Origin: Thermodesulfobacteriota bacterium
GTDB taxonomy: Bacteria > Desulfobacterota > Thermodesulfobacteria > Thermodesulfobacteriales > Thermodesulfatatoraceae
Length of the DNA: 47,664 nucleotides
NCBI GenBank assembly: GCA_013153725.1
Contig: JAADDY010000068.1
Location: 1 to 47,664 of the forward strand
Direction: 5' to 3'
Part shown: piece by piece, positions 18,402 through 29,276 of the stretch
How positions within the stretch are numbered: position 1 is the stretch's first letter
How the letters are laid out: every line of letters starts with the position of its first letter
The notes under the pieces: generated by a model
The model's input: only the letters and a program-made list of their open reading frames with translations
Database searches by the model: none
What the model was told of the DNA's origin: nothing
Made by a program: the position numbers and the translations under genes

Positions 18402-20439
18402 AAGAAAGAAGAGGATTCGCACCAAAATTCCCAAAGTTCGGCAACTCTCCCACTACCACGTTGCCCTGGGGCTTTTTCTGACAGCGGCGGTGGCGCTGGG
18501 GATAATTCTCGCCGGAGTCCTCTTCTATCTTTCACTGGGGCTTCCCGACATTTCGAAGCTTATCAACTACGAACCCCCGGCAGCCACCCAGGTGCTCGAT
18601 CGCCACGGAGAAGTTTTGGCCTACTGGTACAAAGAAAGGCGCTTTCCAGTGCCCCTTTCGCAGATGCCCCCCTATCTCATCCAGGCCTTTGTGGCAGCGG
18701 AAGATTCTCGCTTCTTCGAGCACCGGGGGGTAGACTTCTGGGGGATCTTGCGCGCCGCTCTGGTTGATATCAAAGCCCGGCGCATCGTCCAGGGCGGCAG
18801 CACCATCACCCAGCAGGTGGCCAGATCACTCCTTCTCTCCAGGGAGCGAAGCTTTGTTCGCAAACTCAAGGAAGTGATCCTGGCGTGGAAGATCGATTCC
18901 GCTCTCACCAAAGACGAAATTCTCTATCTTTATCTCAGCCACATTTACCTGGGAGCAGGAGCTTACGGTGTAGAAGCCGCCGCCCGCACCTATTTCGGGA
19001 AGCACGTCTGGGAGCTTACTCTCCCCGAAGCAGCCCTCATTGCGGGCCTCACGCCGGCTCCCAGCCGCTACAATCCCCTGAAAAATCCGCAATTGGCCCT
19101 CAAAAGGCGGGCTTACGTCCTCCGCCGGATGGCAGAAGAAGGTTATATCTCCTGGGAAGAGGCGGAAAAAGCCATAAAGAGCCCTCTGAACCTGAACCCG
19201 GCGGATTTCTCTCCCCGTAAAGAAGCCCTTTATTTTCTGGAGCGCCTGCGAGCAGAACTGGAGCAGAACTTCGGAAAAAGCCTCTATACCGGCGGCTTCA
19301 CCATTTACACCACCCTGGATCTCACCTGGCAAGAGGCTGCGGAGAAGGCTTTGAAGAGACAGGTGCAGGCTATCGCCCGGCGCAATCGGAAGAAAAATCT
19401 CCCGCAGGGCGCCATTGTCTGTCTCGAAAATGGTACTGGAGCCCTGAGGATTCTCGTGGGGGGGACAGATTATCACAAGAGCCAATTCAACCGGGCGATC
19501 CAGGCCCGGCGGCAACCGGGGTCCGCTTTCAAGCCCCTTCTGTGGGCTCTCGCGCTGGAAAAACGGCTGGCCAACGTGGCCACGAAGATTGTGGATGAAC
19601 CGGTTGTGTTTCCCGGGGCCCGGCCCGAGGATTATTGGCAGCCTCGCAACTTTGACAAGACTTACCTCGGACCCATAAGTTTTCGTACCGCCCTAGTTCA
19701 TTCTCGCAACACCGTGGCGGTAAAACTGGCCTATGCTGTGGGGCTTTCGGATCTTCTCACTTTTGCTCGCACGTTGGGGATAGAAAGCCCGCTCGCGCCG
19801 GATTATTCGGTGGCCCTGGGAAGCTCGGGGGTCTCTCTTCTGGAGCTCACCCGGGCTTATACGGTTTTCACCAACCAGGGCTTTCTGACCAAAGAATCTC
19901 TGGTGGAAAGCATCTTTGATCGGCATGGAAAGGAAGTTCCCCTGGAATTCGAGCCGGAAAGACCCGTTCTCTCTCCAGAAACAGCTTACTTCATGACCTT
20001 TCTCCTGAAAGAAGTGGTGCGCACGGGCACCGGACGGTGTGCGAGAGCCCTGAGAGTCCCTGCGGGGGGCAAAACCGGCACCACCGACAACTATCACGAC
20101 GCCTGGTTCATCGGCTTCACCAAGGAGGTGACCTGTGGCGTCTGGCTGGGTTACGACAACTTCAAGCCCCTGGGGCGTAGAGAAACTGGTGGACGTGCCG
20201 CCTGCCCTCTCTGGTTGAAGGTCATGGATGAGCGGCCGGAGGGCTATCAAAAGGAAGATTTTGACCCGCCACCAGGGATAGTCTTCGTGGAGATAAAAGA
20301 TTTTGACCCGTTTCGGGGAGAGGAAACCCTCTGGATTCCTCTCCGGGAGGAGGAAACCCCGACACTTAAAAACACGCTTCCGCGTTCCTGGTGGCCTAAA
20401 TTTTTAAAAGAGCTTCTACAGCCTCGGAGCTTTTGGTGA
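18394..20439 (+). CDS. Class A penicillin-binding protein (PBP1A family)
   Basis: N-terminal TM; AEDSRFFEHRGVD, QGGSTITQQ and RKLKE transglycosylase motifs; QPGSAFKP, SRN and GKTGT transpeptidase motifs. Confidence 0.95.
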   Translation: MTRRKKRIRTKIPKVRQLSHYHVALGLFLTAAVALGIILAGVLFYLSLGLPDISKLINYEPPAATQVLDRHGEVLAYWYKERRFPVPLSQMPPYLIQAFVAAEDSRFFEHRGVDFWGILRAALVDIKARRIVQGGSTITQQVARSLLLSRERSFVRKLKEVILAWKIDSALTKDEILYLYLSHIYLGAGAYGVEAAARTYFGKHVWELTLPEAALIAGLTPAPSRYNPLKNPQLALKRRAYVLRRMAEEGYISWEEAEKAIKSPLNLNPADFSPRKEALYFLERLRAELEQNFGKSLYTGGFTIYTTLDLTWQEAAEKALKRQVQAIARRNRKKNLPQGAIVCLENGTGALRILVGGTDYHKSQFNRAIQARRQPGSAFKPLLWALALEKRLANVATKIVDEPVVFPGARPEDYWQPRNFDKTYLGPISFRTALVHSRNTVAVKLAYAVGLSDLLTFARTLGIESPLAPDYSVALGSSGVSLLELTRAYTVFTNQGFLTKESLVESIFDRHGKEVPLEFEPERPVLSPETAYFMTFLLKEVVRTGTGRCARALRVPAGGKTGTTDNYHDAWFIGFTKEVTCGVWLGYDNFKPLGRRETGGRAACPLWLKVMDERPEGYQKEDFDPPPGIVFVEIKDFDPFRGEETLWIPLREEETPTLKNTLPRSWWPKFLKELLQPRSFW

Positions 20440-21121
20440 TTTCCCCTTTGCGGGGGATGTGAGAGAGGTCGTCCTTCACCCAGTAGAGGACCTGGAAATC
20501 TTTTTTGAGGTCCTCTACCAGTTTGTGGAATTGCTCTTCGGGCATTTCTGCCAGCCGGACATAGACCCGGCGCCTTTCCGGTTCTATCCCTTCGTAAGAG
20601 GTCAGAACGCTGATGATGCGCCCGCCCATCTCCCGGATCTTTTTGACGAGTTCGGAGATCGTCCCGGGCTGGGTGCCCATCTCAAAGGCGATCTGCCAGG
20701 GCCCGTAGTAGATACCGGTGATGTTGATGAGCACCTTGAAAATGTCCGTCTGGGTGATGATGCCCACCACGTGGTTTTCGTCGTCCACCACGGGAAGCCC
20801 GGAAATGCGGTTCTCCAGCATGATGACCGCGGCGTATTCCACCGTCTCGTCGGGGTGGATGGCGATGGGGTCAGGAGTCATGATGTCTTTGACCTTTATT
20901 TCGGAGAGCAGATAGTAGAGCTCATGGACGTCGAGCGCGGTAGCTTTTGAAGGGGTGGCCTCGCGCACGTCACGGTCGGTGACTATGCCCACCAGCTTTC
21001 CGTTACGCACCACCGGGATACGGCGCATGCCGTGCTCTTTCATCACCTGGACCGCTTTCATAATGGAAGCGTTCTCGTCGAGGACGATGGGATCTTCTGT
21101 CATCCATTCTTTGACCAGCAT
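20396..21121 (-). CDS. CBS-pair + ACT domain protein (AcuB-like)
   Basis: MLVKEWMT, IPVV...LVGIVTDRD, ATPSKATALDVHELYYLL, ISGLPVVD, C-terminal ACT-like PGTISEL. Confidence 0.9.
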   Translation of the reverse strand: MLVKEWMTEDPIVLDENASIMKAVQVMKEHGMRRIPVVRNGKLVGIVTDRDVREATPSKATALDVHELYYLLSEIKVKDIMTPDPIAIHPDETVEYAAVIMLENRISGLPVVDDENHVVGIITQTDIFKVLINITGIYYGPWQIAFEMGTQPGTISELVKKIREMGGRIISVLTSYEGIEPERRRVYVRLAEMPEEQFHKLVEDLKKDFQVLYWVKDDLSHIPRKGEITKSSEAVEALLKI

Positions 21122-21202
21122 AAAAGCCCCCCTTCTTGTGGCAAAATAATTTGGCCTTTTATACCATTATCGCTTCTTCCCGCCAACGCGTTAAGAACAA
21201 AT

Positions 21203-21940
21203 TTAAGAAGGTTTGCGGAGAAAGATGAAAAATTCCTTGTTTCCGGCAGGCCCGAGGATGGGGCTCTCGCAAAGGCCCAGCACTTCAAAACCCTCTTTCT
21301 GGGCAAAGTCTCTGATCTTTTGCTTCACCTCCTCGTGAAGCCCGGGGTCTCTTACCACCCCGCCCTTTCCCACCTGCCTTGGCCCCACCTCGAACTGGGG
21401 CTTGATGAGGGCGATGACATAACCGCCTGGTTTGAGGATGTTTTTGGCTGCCGGCAAGATCTTCGTGAGCGAAATAAAGCTTACGTCGATGGTGACCAGG
21501 TCCACGGGCTCGGGCAGATCCTCCGGGCCAAGATAGCGGGCGTTCACCCCCTCCATTACCACCACCCGGGGGTCCTCCCGCAGCTTCTGGTGAAGCTGCC
21601 CCTTTCCCACGTCGATGGCGTAGACCCGCCTGGCGCCGGCCTGCAAAAGGCAGTCTGTAAAGCCTCCGGTGGAAGCCCCGAGGTCGGCACAGATAAGCCC
21701 CGAAACATCCACGCCAAACTCCTTGAGGGCGTGGGAGAGCTTGAGCCCTCCGCGTGAGACAAAGGGAAGCCCCCTTCCGCGTACTTCTATCTGGGCCTCG
21801 AGGGGGACTTTGGTCCCGGCCTTTTCCACCCGCCGGCCGTCAACAAAGACCTCCCCTGCCATGAGGAGGGCCTGGGCCTTCTCACGGCTTTCTGCAAGCC
21901 CCCGTTCCACCAGAAGTTTGTCGATCCTTTCTTTTTTCAC
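21203..21940 (-). CDS. tlyA: TlyA family rRNA 2'-O-methyltransferase
   Basis: ERIDKLLV S4 domain, VSRGGLKL, DLGASTGGFTDCLLQ, DVSFISL, LIKPQFE. Confidence 0.95.
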   Translation of the reverse strand: MKKERIDKLLVERGLAESREKAQALLMAGEVFVDGRRVEKAGTKVPLEAQIEVRGRGLPFVSRGGLKLSHALKEFGVDVSGLICADLGASTGGFTDCLLQAGARRVYAIDVGKGQLHQKLREDPRVVVMEGVNARYLGPEDLPEPVDLVTIDVSFISLTKILPAAKNILKPGGYVIALIKPQFEVGPRQVGKGGVVRDPGLHEEVKQKIRDFAQKEGFEVLGLCESPILGPAGNKEFFIFLRKPS

Positions 21941-23652
21941 TAGCTACTTTGTGCTTCTTTCACCTTTGAGGCCAGGAAGCTTACGGCTTCATCCGGGGAG
22001 AGCATCAGGGTTTCTCCCCCACGGCGGGGCTTGATTTCCACCTTTCCTTCGCTCTTGAACTTCTTTCCCAGCACCACGCGATAGGGCAGACCGATGAGGT
22101 CGGCGTCTTTGAACTTCACCCCGGGGCGTTCGTCCCTTTCATCCCAGAGCACCTCGACCCCGCTTTCCCACAGGGCCTGGTAGAGTCTTTCGGAAGCCTG
22201 AAGCAGGTCGCTATCTGCCCCCAGCGTGAGAAGAGCTGCGTGGAAGGGCGCCAGGGCCAGGGGCCAGATGATGCCGTTTTCGTCGTGGTTTTGCTCGATG
22301 GCCGCGGCCACGGTGCGGGAGACCCCGATACCGTAGCAACCCATCACGAAGGGTCTTTCCTTCCCTTCGCGGTCGAGGAAGGTGGCCCCCATGGCCTCGC
22401 TGTATTTGGTTCCAAGCTTGAAGACGTGCCCCACTTCAATACCCCGGGTGAGCTCAAGGGGCTTTCCGCAGCGGGGGCAGAGGTCCCCTTCGGTGACGTT
22501 TCGGAGGTCGAAAAAGGCCTCGATCTTGAAATCTCGCGGATGATTGACGTTTACGTAATGGGCGTCTTCTTCGTTGGCCCCGGTGACGAAGTTCTTGAGC
22601 CCTGCCACAGCCTTGTCCGCGATGATGGTAAGACCGGAGAGCCCCACCGGTCCGGCGAAACCCACCGGAGCACCGGTGAGCCTTTCCACGGTTTCGGGGT
22701 CGGCCATCTCCACCTTTTCGGCCCCGAGGGCTCGCCGGAGCTTGACCTCGTTAAGTTCGTGATCCCCCCGGACCAAGACGGCGTAAGGCTTGCCATCCAC
22801 GAGATAGAGCAAGGTTTTGACGAGTTTCCAGGTCGGCACCCCGAGGAAAGCAGCCACCTCTTCGACCTTTCGAACCCCGGGGGTAGAGACCTTCTCAAGG
22901 GGCCTTTCCTCCTCCTCGGGGTAGAAGTATTCCCGCACGGCTTCGGCCATTTCGAGGTTTGCAGCGTAACCGCAGGAAGGACAGGAGGCGATGACGTCTT
23001 CTCCGGTTTCTGCGAGCACCATGAATTCGTGGGACTCCTCACCGCCGATGGCCCCGGTATCGGCGAGCACGGCGGTGAAACGCAGACCACAGCGGGAGAA
23101 GATGCGCTCGTAGGTTTCGTACATCAGGCGGTAGCTTCTATCGAGGCCCTCTTCGTCGGCATCAAAGCTGTAGGCGTCTTTCATGATGAATTCCCTCCCC
23201 CGCATGAGGCCAAAACGGGGGCGGATCTCGTCGCGAAACTTGGTGGCGATCTGGTAGAGGATGAGGGGGAGCTGGCGGTAGGAGCGGACTTCACCGCGCA
23301 CCAGATCGGTGATGACCTCCTCGTGGGTGGGCCCGAGGCAAAAGTCATGTTCTTTGCGATCCTTGAAGCGCAGGAGCTCTTTTCCGAACCTGTCCCACCG
23401 GTCGGTTTCCTTCCATAGTTCCGCGGGTTGCACCAGGGGGAGCAATACCTCAAGGGCCCCGGCCCGGTCCATCTCTTCGCGAACGATGCGCTCCACCTTC
23501 CGCAGCGCCCTCAATCCCAGGGGCAGGAAGCTATAGATGCCCGAGGCCAGGCGCCGGATCATGCCGGCCCGGAGCATGAGTTTGTGGCTTATGACCTCGG
23601 CTTCGGCAGGGTCTTCCCGCAGAGTCGGCAAAAAATATCTGCTGAGGCGCAT
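21940..23652 (-). CDS. proS: Proline--tRNA ligase
   Basis: [48 protein letters not shown] editing domain, [10 protein letters not shown]. Confidence 0.98.
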   Translation of the reverse strand: MRLSRYFLPTLREDPAEAEVISHKLMLRAGMIRRLASGIYSFLPLGLRALRKVERIVREEMDRAGALEVLLPLVQPAELWKETDRWDRFGKELLRFKDRKEHDFCLGPTHEEVITDLVRGEVRSYRQLPLILYQIATKFRDEIRPRFGLMRGREFIMKDAYSFDADEEGLDRSYRLMYETYERIFSRCGLRFTAVLADTGAIGGEESHEFMVLAETGEDVIASCPSCGYAANLEMAEAVREYFYPEEEERPLEKVSTPGVRKVEEVAAFLGVPTWKLVKTLLYLVDGKPYAVLVRGDHELNEVKLRRALGAEKVEMADPETVERLTGAPVGFAGPVGLSGLTIIADKAVAGLKNFVTGANEEDAHYVNVNHPRDFKIEAFFDLRNVTEGDLCPRCGKPLELTRGIEVGHVFKLGTKYSEAMGATFLDREGKERPFVMGCYGIGVSRTVAAAIEQNHDENGIIWPLALAPFHAALLTLGADSDLLQASERLYQALWESGVEVLWDERDERPGVKFKDADLIGLPYRVVLGKKFKSEGKVEIKPRRGGETLMLSPDEAVSFLASKVKEAQSS

Positions 23653-23766
23653 TTCTCCCTCCTCTTTCGATCTTCTCCGCTAATCTAACAAGCCCTAAGA
23701 AAATTTCACTCGGAAGCCCTTCTCTTGGTAGCAAAAAACCTTTTGAGCTGCTAAAAGTTTTAGATC

Positions 23767-24531
23767 ATGAAGATCGCAGTTTGCGGCAAAGGTGGGGTGG
23801 GGAAATCCACCATCGCGGCCCTCCTGTGTGAGGCCCTGCTTGAGAAGGGTTTCCAGGTGCTTGCCATCGACGCCGACCCGAGCCCTCATCTGGCAAGGCT
23901 TCTGGGTTTTGCCGAGGCCGAGAAGGTCGTTCCCATCGCGGAGATGAAAGATTTGCTCGCGGCCCGGGCGGAAAAAGACGGCCCCTTCTATTCTCTCAAC
24001 CCTAAAGTGGACGACCTTCCGGAGAAGTTCATGCTTGAAAGAGACGGCCTCAAGCTGATGGTCCTGGGGGCGGTGCGCGAGGCCGGCGGTGGCTGTGCCT
24101 GCCCGGAACAAACAGTCTTAAGGAGGCTCCTTTCGCTTCTCCTCCTCCAGAGCAAGGAAGCCGTGGTGGTGGACATGGAAGCAGGGGTGGAACACTTTGG
24201 CCGGGCCACGGTCTCTGCCATCGACGCCGTTTTGGTGGTGGTGCAGCCCTATCGCGGCAGTATAGAAACCGCCAAACAGATCGCCCGTATGGCAGAAGAC
24301 CTGCGGGTGCCAAACGTATATTTCGTGGGCAATCTCGTGGCCTCTCAGGAGGACGAAGATTTCCTGAGCAGGGAGCTGGGGGCCAGGCCGCTGGTTTCCT
24401 TCCCCAGAGACGAAGAAATTCTCCGGCTGGAGAGGCAAGGGCTTCCTCTGGGAGAGGCCCGGGGGCCCGCCAGAGCGGCGGCCCTCAAGCTTGCCGAAGA
24501 ACTGACAAAACGTCTCCAAAATGGAACTTAA
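23767..24531 (+). CDS. CooC/AcsF-like nickel-insertion ATPase
   Basis: MKIAVCGKGGVGKST, DADP, GGGCACP (CxC Ni motif), DMEAGVEHFGR. Confidence 0.85.
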   Translation: MKIAVCGKGGVGKSTIAALLCEALLEKGFQVLAIDADPSPHLARLLGFAEAEKVVPIAEMKDLLAARAEKDGPFYSLNPKVDDLPEKFMLERDGLKLMVLGAVREAGGGCACPEQTVLRRLLSLLLLQSKEAVVVDMEAGVEHFGRATVSAIDAVLVVVQPYRGSIETAKQIARMAEDLRVPNVYFVGNLVASQEDEDFLSRELGARPLVSFPRDEEILRLERQGLPLGEARGPARAAALKLAEELTKRLQNGT

Positions 24532-25300
24532 AGACGTCCAGAGCCTTCCAGATCATCGTCAGATAGAGATCGACAAAGTGGGCATCAAGGGGATTCGCTA
24601 TCCCATCTCGGTCCTGGACCGCAAAAAGGGCGTGCAGCACACCGTGGCGGTGATCAACATGTACGTGGATCTTCCCCACCACTTCAAGGGCACCCACATG
24701 AGCCGCTTCATCGAGATCCTCAACGAATACCGCCACGAAATCCACATCAAGAAGATCCTTCGCATCCTTCAGGAGATGCGGGAGCGTCTCTGCGCCAAGG
24801 TGGCACATCTGGAGATCTCTTTCCCCTTCTTTCTGGAGAAGGAGGCCCCGGTCTCTGGGGCCCTCGCCCTCATGGAGTACGGCTGCAAGATTTACGGCTC
24901 TCTGGGCGAGGATTTTCGGGACTTGATCTTAGAAGTCTGCGTCCCGGTGATGACCGTCTGTCCCTGCTCCAAGGAAATTTCCGCCAGGGGGGCACACAAC
25001 CAGAGAGGGCTCGTGAGAGTAAAGGTGCGTTTCAAAAAATTCGTCTGGATCGAGGAGCTGATCGAGATCGTGGAGAAGTGCGGTTCCTCTCCGGTCTACC
25101 CTTTACTCAAGCGCCCTGATGAAAAGTTCGTTACGGAATGGGCCTACGACCACCCCATGTTTGTAGAAGATGTGGTAAGGGAAGTTTGCAAACGTCTCCT
25201 AGAACATCCAGAAATTACGTGGTTTGTGGTAGAGGCAGAAAACTTTGAATCCATACACGCCCACAACGCCTATGCTTATATCGAGCGTCACAAGTCTTAA
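24521..25300 (+). CDS. folE2: GTP cyclohydrolase I type IB
   Basis: IDKVGIKGIRYP, KGTHMSRF, VCPCSKEISARGAHNQR, LLKRPDEK, ENFESIHAHNAYA. Confidence 0.96.
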   Translation: MELKDVQSLPDHRQIEIDKVGIKGIRYPISVLDRKKGVQHTVAVINMYVDLPHHFKGTHMSRFIEILNEYRHEIHIKKILRILQEMRERLCAKVAHLEISFPFFLEKEAPVSGALALMEYGCKIYGSLGEDFRDLILEVCVPVMTVCPCSKEISARGAHNQRGLVRVKVRFKKFVWIEELIEIVEKCGSSPVYPLLKRPDEKFVTEWAYDHPMFVEDVVREVCKRLLEHPEITWFVVEAENFESIHAHNAYAYIERHKS

Positions 25301-25515
25301 GCCGTCTGTTGTTCCTGGTCTTCGACCTCCAGCTCCAGTTCGAAGAAGCTTTCCCCACAGTCGTAGCATTTGACGTCCAAGGTGTTACCCATGAGAGAAA
25401 CGTATATCTCGTCGCATCCGCAGGACGGACACGGGCCTTGCACCTGTTCTTCCACGATTTTTTTGATATCTTCCTGGAATTCCGCTGGAATATCCGGATC
25501 AAAGAATATTTTCAC
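25297..25515 (-). CDS. Small acidic zinc-ribbon protein, hypothetical
   Basis: CPSCG...CYDCG motif pair; GTG start at 25515 with SD GAGGAGG. Confidence 0.8.
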   Translation of the reverse strand: MKIFFDPDIPAEFQEDIKKIVEEQVQGPCPSCGCDEIYVSLMGNTLDVKCYDCGESFFELELEVEDQEQQTA

Positions 25516-25587
25516 GGTTCCCTCCTCTCTAAGGCGCCTGCATCTTAACAATCGCCCTATATATTGTAAAGCGCCTGAAGGCTTTTT

Positions 25588-26178
25588 TTAAGGATTTTTG
25601 CTCAAAAATTTGTAATTTTTTTGCCTTTTGTAAAGGGAATAGAAGCGCAGGACCCGGCGGACATAGGCCTGTGTCTCGGCGAAGGGGGGTATCCCGCCGT
25701 AACGCCTCACCCTTTCAGGGCCGGCGTTGTAAGCTGCCAGCACCAGGCGCAGGTCTTTAAACTCTTCGAAGAGATCTTTCAGGAAGGCCGCCGCCCCTCG
25801 CAAGTTCTCGCGGGGATCGAAGACGTTGGTTACATAGTAATCCGAAGCAGTTTCCGGCATGAGCTGCATGAGCCCCTGGGCCCCTTTGGGAGAGACGGCC
25901 AGAGGGTCAAAATTGGATTCTGCCCGGGCGATGGCCTTGAGGAGGGCTGGGTCCAGCCCGTACAAGAGCCCTATTTCGAGGAACAGCCTTTCGTTCACCA
26001 GTCTGGGCCTGGGAGAAGGTTTCCAGATGCGATGGTTGGTAGGGATGTTGGTGAAGTGGAGGACGCCCTTTTCGTCGCGGTAATAATAGAGTTCGGCTCT
26101 GAGGAGAGAAGGCAGAAGAAGGACTAGCCCGCAGAGGAGGCTGCAGAGCCCTTGGATGCTAAGAATTTTTGGCGGCAC
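25588..26178 (-). CDS. Lytic transglycosylase (SLT domain, N-terminal DUF4124-like); start uncertain
   Basis: YYYRDEKGVLHFTN, AIARAESNFDP.AVSPKGAQGLMQLMP, AAYNAG, PPFAETQAYV. Confidence 0.9.
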   Translation of the reverse strand: MPPKILSIQGLCSLLCGLVLLLPSLLRAELYYYRDEKGVLHFTNIPTNHRIWKPSPRPRLVNERLFLEIGLLYGLDPALLKAIARAESNFDPLAVSPKGAQGLMQLMPETASDYYVTNVFDPRENLRGAAAFLKDLFEEFKDLRLVLAAYNAGPERVRRYGGIPPFAETQAYVRRVLRFYSLYKRQKNYKFLSKNP

Positions 26179-26417
26179 TCTTCGCTGCAAAAGTAGTAAA
26201 CCCTCCCCTTCCAGATGGCGGTGTAAGCTTCTCTTTTGGCGCAGTAAACACCGCACACGGGATCTCTTACCAACTTATCGGTCACCGTCGGGGGAGGGCT
26301 TGAAGGGGTTTTTTTGTTGGAGGGTCTACGACGAAGATTTTTGATGTCCCGCCAGAGGGAGCGTGCCGCCCAATAAATGACCAACAAAAGAAAAAAGACC
26401 AGAATTAAGCGAAACAT
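26124..26417 (-). CDS. YHS/TRASH-domain membrane-anchored protein
   Basis: N-terminal TM helix; LVRDPVCGVYC...YYFCSEECRQKF. Confidence 0.85.
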   Translation of the reverse strand: MFRLILVFFLLLVIYWAARSLWRDIKNLRRRPSNKKTPSSPPPTVTDKLVRDPVCGVYCAKREAYTAIWKGRVYYFCSEECRQKFLASKGSAASSAG

Positions 26418-26932
26418 AGATGCTTGAGACTCCTGATTTTGGCCCTCTCTTTCTGAGAGAGATCTTCCCACAGGGCTTTGAAGCTCTTCTCTAGAATAGG
26501 ATGTTTTTCCTCGGGGATCAATTCCAGGAGCGGTCCGAGGACGAAGGCCCTCTCATGGAGCCTGGGATGAGGAAGTTTCAGGGTCTCCCCTTCGAGGATC
26601 AAATCCTCGTAGAGGAGGAGATCGAGATCGAGGGTGCGGTCAGCCAGCTCGCCGGTGCGGACCCTTCCGCACGAAAGCTCTATTTGCCACAGATGGAAGA
26701 GAAGAGCCGCCGGAGAGAGGGAAGTTCTTATCTCACATACCAGGTTGTAGAACCAGTTTTGCGAGGAGAAACCCGCCGGAGGCGAGAGATAGACACGAGA
26801 ACAGCGACAGACCCAGATGCCAGCCTTTTCTTGAAGCTTCGCCAGGGCCTTCCGGCAAAAATATTCCCGGTCTCCGAGGTTTGACCCGATGGCAATGAAG
26901 GCCCTTTTTAGAACTTCAGGGAGGCGATGCGT
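26405..26932 (-). CDS. folK: 2-amino-4-hydroxy-6-hydroxymethyldihydropteridine diphosphokinase; no canonical start codon, 5' end proposed at ACG 26932
   Basis: Manual translation upstream of the 26602 TTG gives [15 protein letters not shown]...WFYNLV...IELSCGRVR...[11 protein letters not shown]...[16 protein letters not shown], a full HPPK. Identity is secure; the start is inferred. Confidence 0.88.
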   Translation of the reverse strand, partial: THRLPEVLKRAFIAIGSNLGDREYFCRKALAKLQEKAGIWVCRCSRVYLSPPAGFSSQNWFYNLVCEIRTSLSPAALLFHLWQIELSCGRVRTGELADRTLDLDLLLYEDLILEGETLKLPHPRLHERAFVLGPLLELIPEEKHPILEKSFKALWEDLSQKERAKIRSLKHLCFA

Positions 26933-28071
26933 TCCAGGGCCTCCTTGAGGCGATTTTTGTCCACCGTGAGGGCGATGCGGAAGAACCCCTCCCCGGGCTC
27001 CCCAAAGCCGTTTCCGGGGGTGACGACGATGCCGGCCTCCTTGAGGAGCTTGGCGGCAAAGCTCGCCGAGGAGTAACCTTCCGGCACCCTGGCCCAGACG
27101 TAAAAGGTAGCCTTGGGGGGATCCACTTCAAAGCCGAGTTTCTTTAACCCCTCCACGACTACGTCGCGTCTTTCCTTGAAGATCTGCCGGAATTCCTCCA
27201 CGCACTTCTGGTCTCCGGAAAGGGCAGCGATCCCGGCTTCCTGGACTGCCTGAAAGACCCCTGAGTCCACGTTGTTTTTGACCTTGGTGAGACCGGAGAC
27301 GATGGTTTCGTTTCCCACGGCGAAGGCGATACGCCAGCCCGTCATGCAGTAAGTCTTGGAGAGGCTGTGAAATTCGATGGCCACCTCCCGGGCCCCTTCT
27401 ACCTCGAGGATGCTCGGGGGCCGGAAATCGTCAAAGTAGAGCTCCGTGTAGGCGGCGTCGTGGGCCACGATGAGATCATGCTTTTTTGCGAAATCTACCA
27501 CCTTGGCGAAGAAGTCTTTGTCCGCCACGGCGGCGGTGGGGTTGTTGGGGTAGTTGAGCCAGAGGATCTTGGCCCGCGAAAGGATCTCCTGGGGGATGCT
27601 CTCCAGATTCGGCAAGAAGTTGTTTTCCGGCAGGAGAGGGAGATAGTAGGTCTCCCCGCCGGCAAAAAGGGTGCCGATGTGGTAGACCGGATAGGCCGGA
27701 GTGGGCACCAGCACCACGTCTCCCGGGTTTACAAAAGCCAGGGGGAAGTGGGCGATACCCTCTTTGGAGCCGATGAGGGTTACGATCTCTTTGGTGGGAT
27801 CGACCTTCACGCCGAAGCGTCTTTCGAGCCAGGAGGCTGCGGCCTGCCGGAAGGCGAGCATGCCCACACTTGAAGGGTAGTGATGATTTTCCGGCTTCTT
27901 GACGGCTTCTACCGCCGCTTCGACGATATGAGAAGGGGTGGGAAGGTCCGGGTCTCCCACGCCCAGGTCTATTACGTCCACGCCTTTGGCCTGCACCTCG
28001 GCCTTCATGCGGTCGAGCTCTACAAAGAGGTAAGGAGGAAGTTTTTGCAGACGTTCGGAGAACGAAACCAT
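26908..28071 (-). CDS. dapL: LL-diaminopimelate aminotransferase
   Basis: [59 protein letters not shown]. Confidence 0.92.
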   Translation of the reverse strand: MVSFSERLQKLPPYLFVELDRMKAEVQAKGVDVIDLGVGDPDLPTPSHIVEAAVEAVKKPENHHYPSSVGMLAFRQAAASWLERRFGVKVDPTKEIVTLIGSKEGIAHFPLAFVNPGDVVLVPTPAYPVYHIGTLFAGGETYYLPLLPENNFLPNLESIPQEILSRAKILWLNYPNNPTAAVADKDFFAKVVDFAKKHDLIVAHDAAYTELYFDDFRPPSILEVEGAREVAIEFHSLSKTYCMTGWRIAFAVGNETIVSGLTKVKNNVDSGVFQAVQEAGIAALSGDQKCVEEFRQIFKERRDVVVEGLKKLGFEVDPPKATFYVWARVPEGYSSASFAAKLLKEAGIVVTPGNGFGEPGEGFFRIALTVDKNRLKEALERIASLKF

Positions 28072-28084
28072 AGAGACCTCCGTT

Positions 28085-29191
28085 CTAGCGCTCCCGTTTC
28101 CCTTCGATGAACTCCATTACCATCTGTCTGGCGATGTCATCGGGATATTGCTCTGGGGGATGTTTCATAGTGTAAGCCGAAATAGAAATCAAGGGGCCGG
28201 CGATGCCCCGGTCCTTGGCGAGTTTGGCACAGCGGATGGCATCCATCGCCGAACCAGCCGAGTTCGGGGAGTCTTCCACGCTGAGCTTGAGCTCGATGTA
28301 CATGGGTACCCCGCCGAAAAGTTCGCCCTCCAGCCGGATGTAGGCGATCTTGTTGTCCTTGAGCCAGGGAATCCAGTCGGAGGGGCCGATGTGGATGTTG
28401 TCTTCCCCGATGTCGTAAGGGAGAAGAGAGGTAACGGCCTCGGTCTTGGAGATCTTTTTGGTCTTGAGGCGCTCACGCGCCAGCATGTTGAGGAAGTCGG
28501 TGTTGCCACCGAAGTTTACCTGGTAGGAACGTTTGAGCGGTACCCCGCGGTCCACCATGAGCTTGGTGAGGACCCGGTGGACGATAGTTGCCCCCACCTG
28601 ACTTTTGATATCGTCTCCCACCGCCGGCACACCGGCTTCTTCGAAGCGTTTGCCCCAGTCTCCGGAGACGATGAAGGTGGGCATGGCGTTTACAAAAGCA
28701 ACTCCGGCTTTGAGGCAGGCTTCGGCGTAAAATTTCGCGGCCTCTTCCGAACCCACCGGAACGTAGTTGATCAGGACGTCGGCCCCGGCATCCTTGAGGA
28801 CCGCCACGACATCTTCCAGTTCGTCTTCTTTTTCTTCAGAAAGGACGAAGGTCTTGTCTTCGGGATAATGGCTCATGTGTGGGGCGAAACCGTCGAGCAC
28901 CTTCCCCTTGCGCACTGTGACTCCAAGCTTGGGGACATCGGGGTAGAAGACGGTGGTGCAGTTTGGTGGAGCGAAAATGGCCTCACTCACGTCTTTGCCC
29001 ACCTTTCGGCTATCTATATCCCAGGCCGCTACGACCTCCACGTCCCAGGGTTTGTAGCCGCCGATTTCAGGAAACATAACGCCTTGGGTAGGATCAAGGC
29101 CTTTTTCTCGATAGTAGAAAATTCCTTGGACGAGCGAGCTCGCGCAGTTTCCCACTCCCGCGATCGCCAGACGAATCTTTTTTTCTGCCAT
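28085..29191 (-). CDS. ino1: Myo-inositol-1-phosphate (inositol-3-phosphate) synthase
   Basis: [63 protein letters not shown]. Confidence 0.95.
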   Translation of the reverse strand: MAEKKIRLAIAGVGNCASSLVQGIFYYREKGLDPTQGVMFPEIGGYKPWDVEVVAAWDIDSRKVGKDVSEAIFAPPNCTTVFYPDVPKLGVTVRKGKVLDGFAPHMSHYPEDKTFVLSEEKEDELEDVVAVLKDAGADVLINYVPVGSEEAAKFYAEACLKAGVAFVNAMPTFIVSGDWGKRFEEAGVPAVGDDIKSQVGATIVHRVLTKLMVDRGVPLKRSYQVNFGGNTDFLNMLARERLKTKKISKTEAVTSLLPYDIGEDNIHIGPSDWIPWLKDNKIAYIRLEGELFGGVPMYIELKLSVEDSPNSAGSAMDAIRCAKLAKDRGIAGPLISISAYTMKHPPEQYPDDIARQMVMEFIEGKRER

Positions 29192-29276
29192 TTCCTTCCC
29201 CCTTTCAAAAATTTAACCTTCTCAGGTTGAAAAATAGAGTTTTCGGCTCTGAGATCAAGCCACGCCCAAATGTTTA

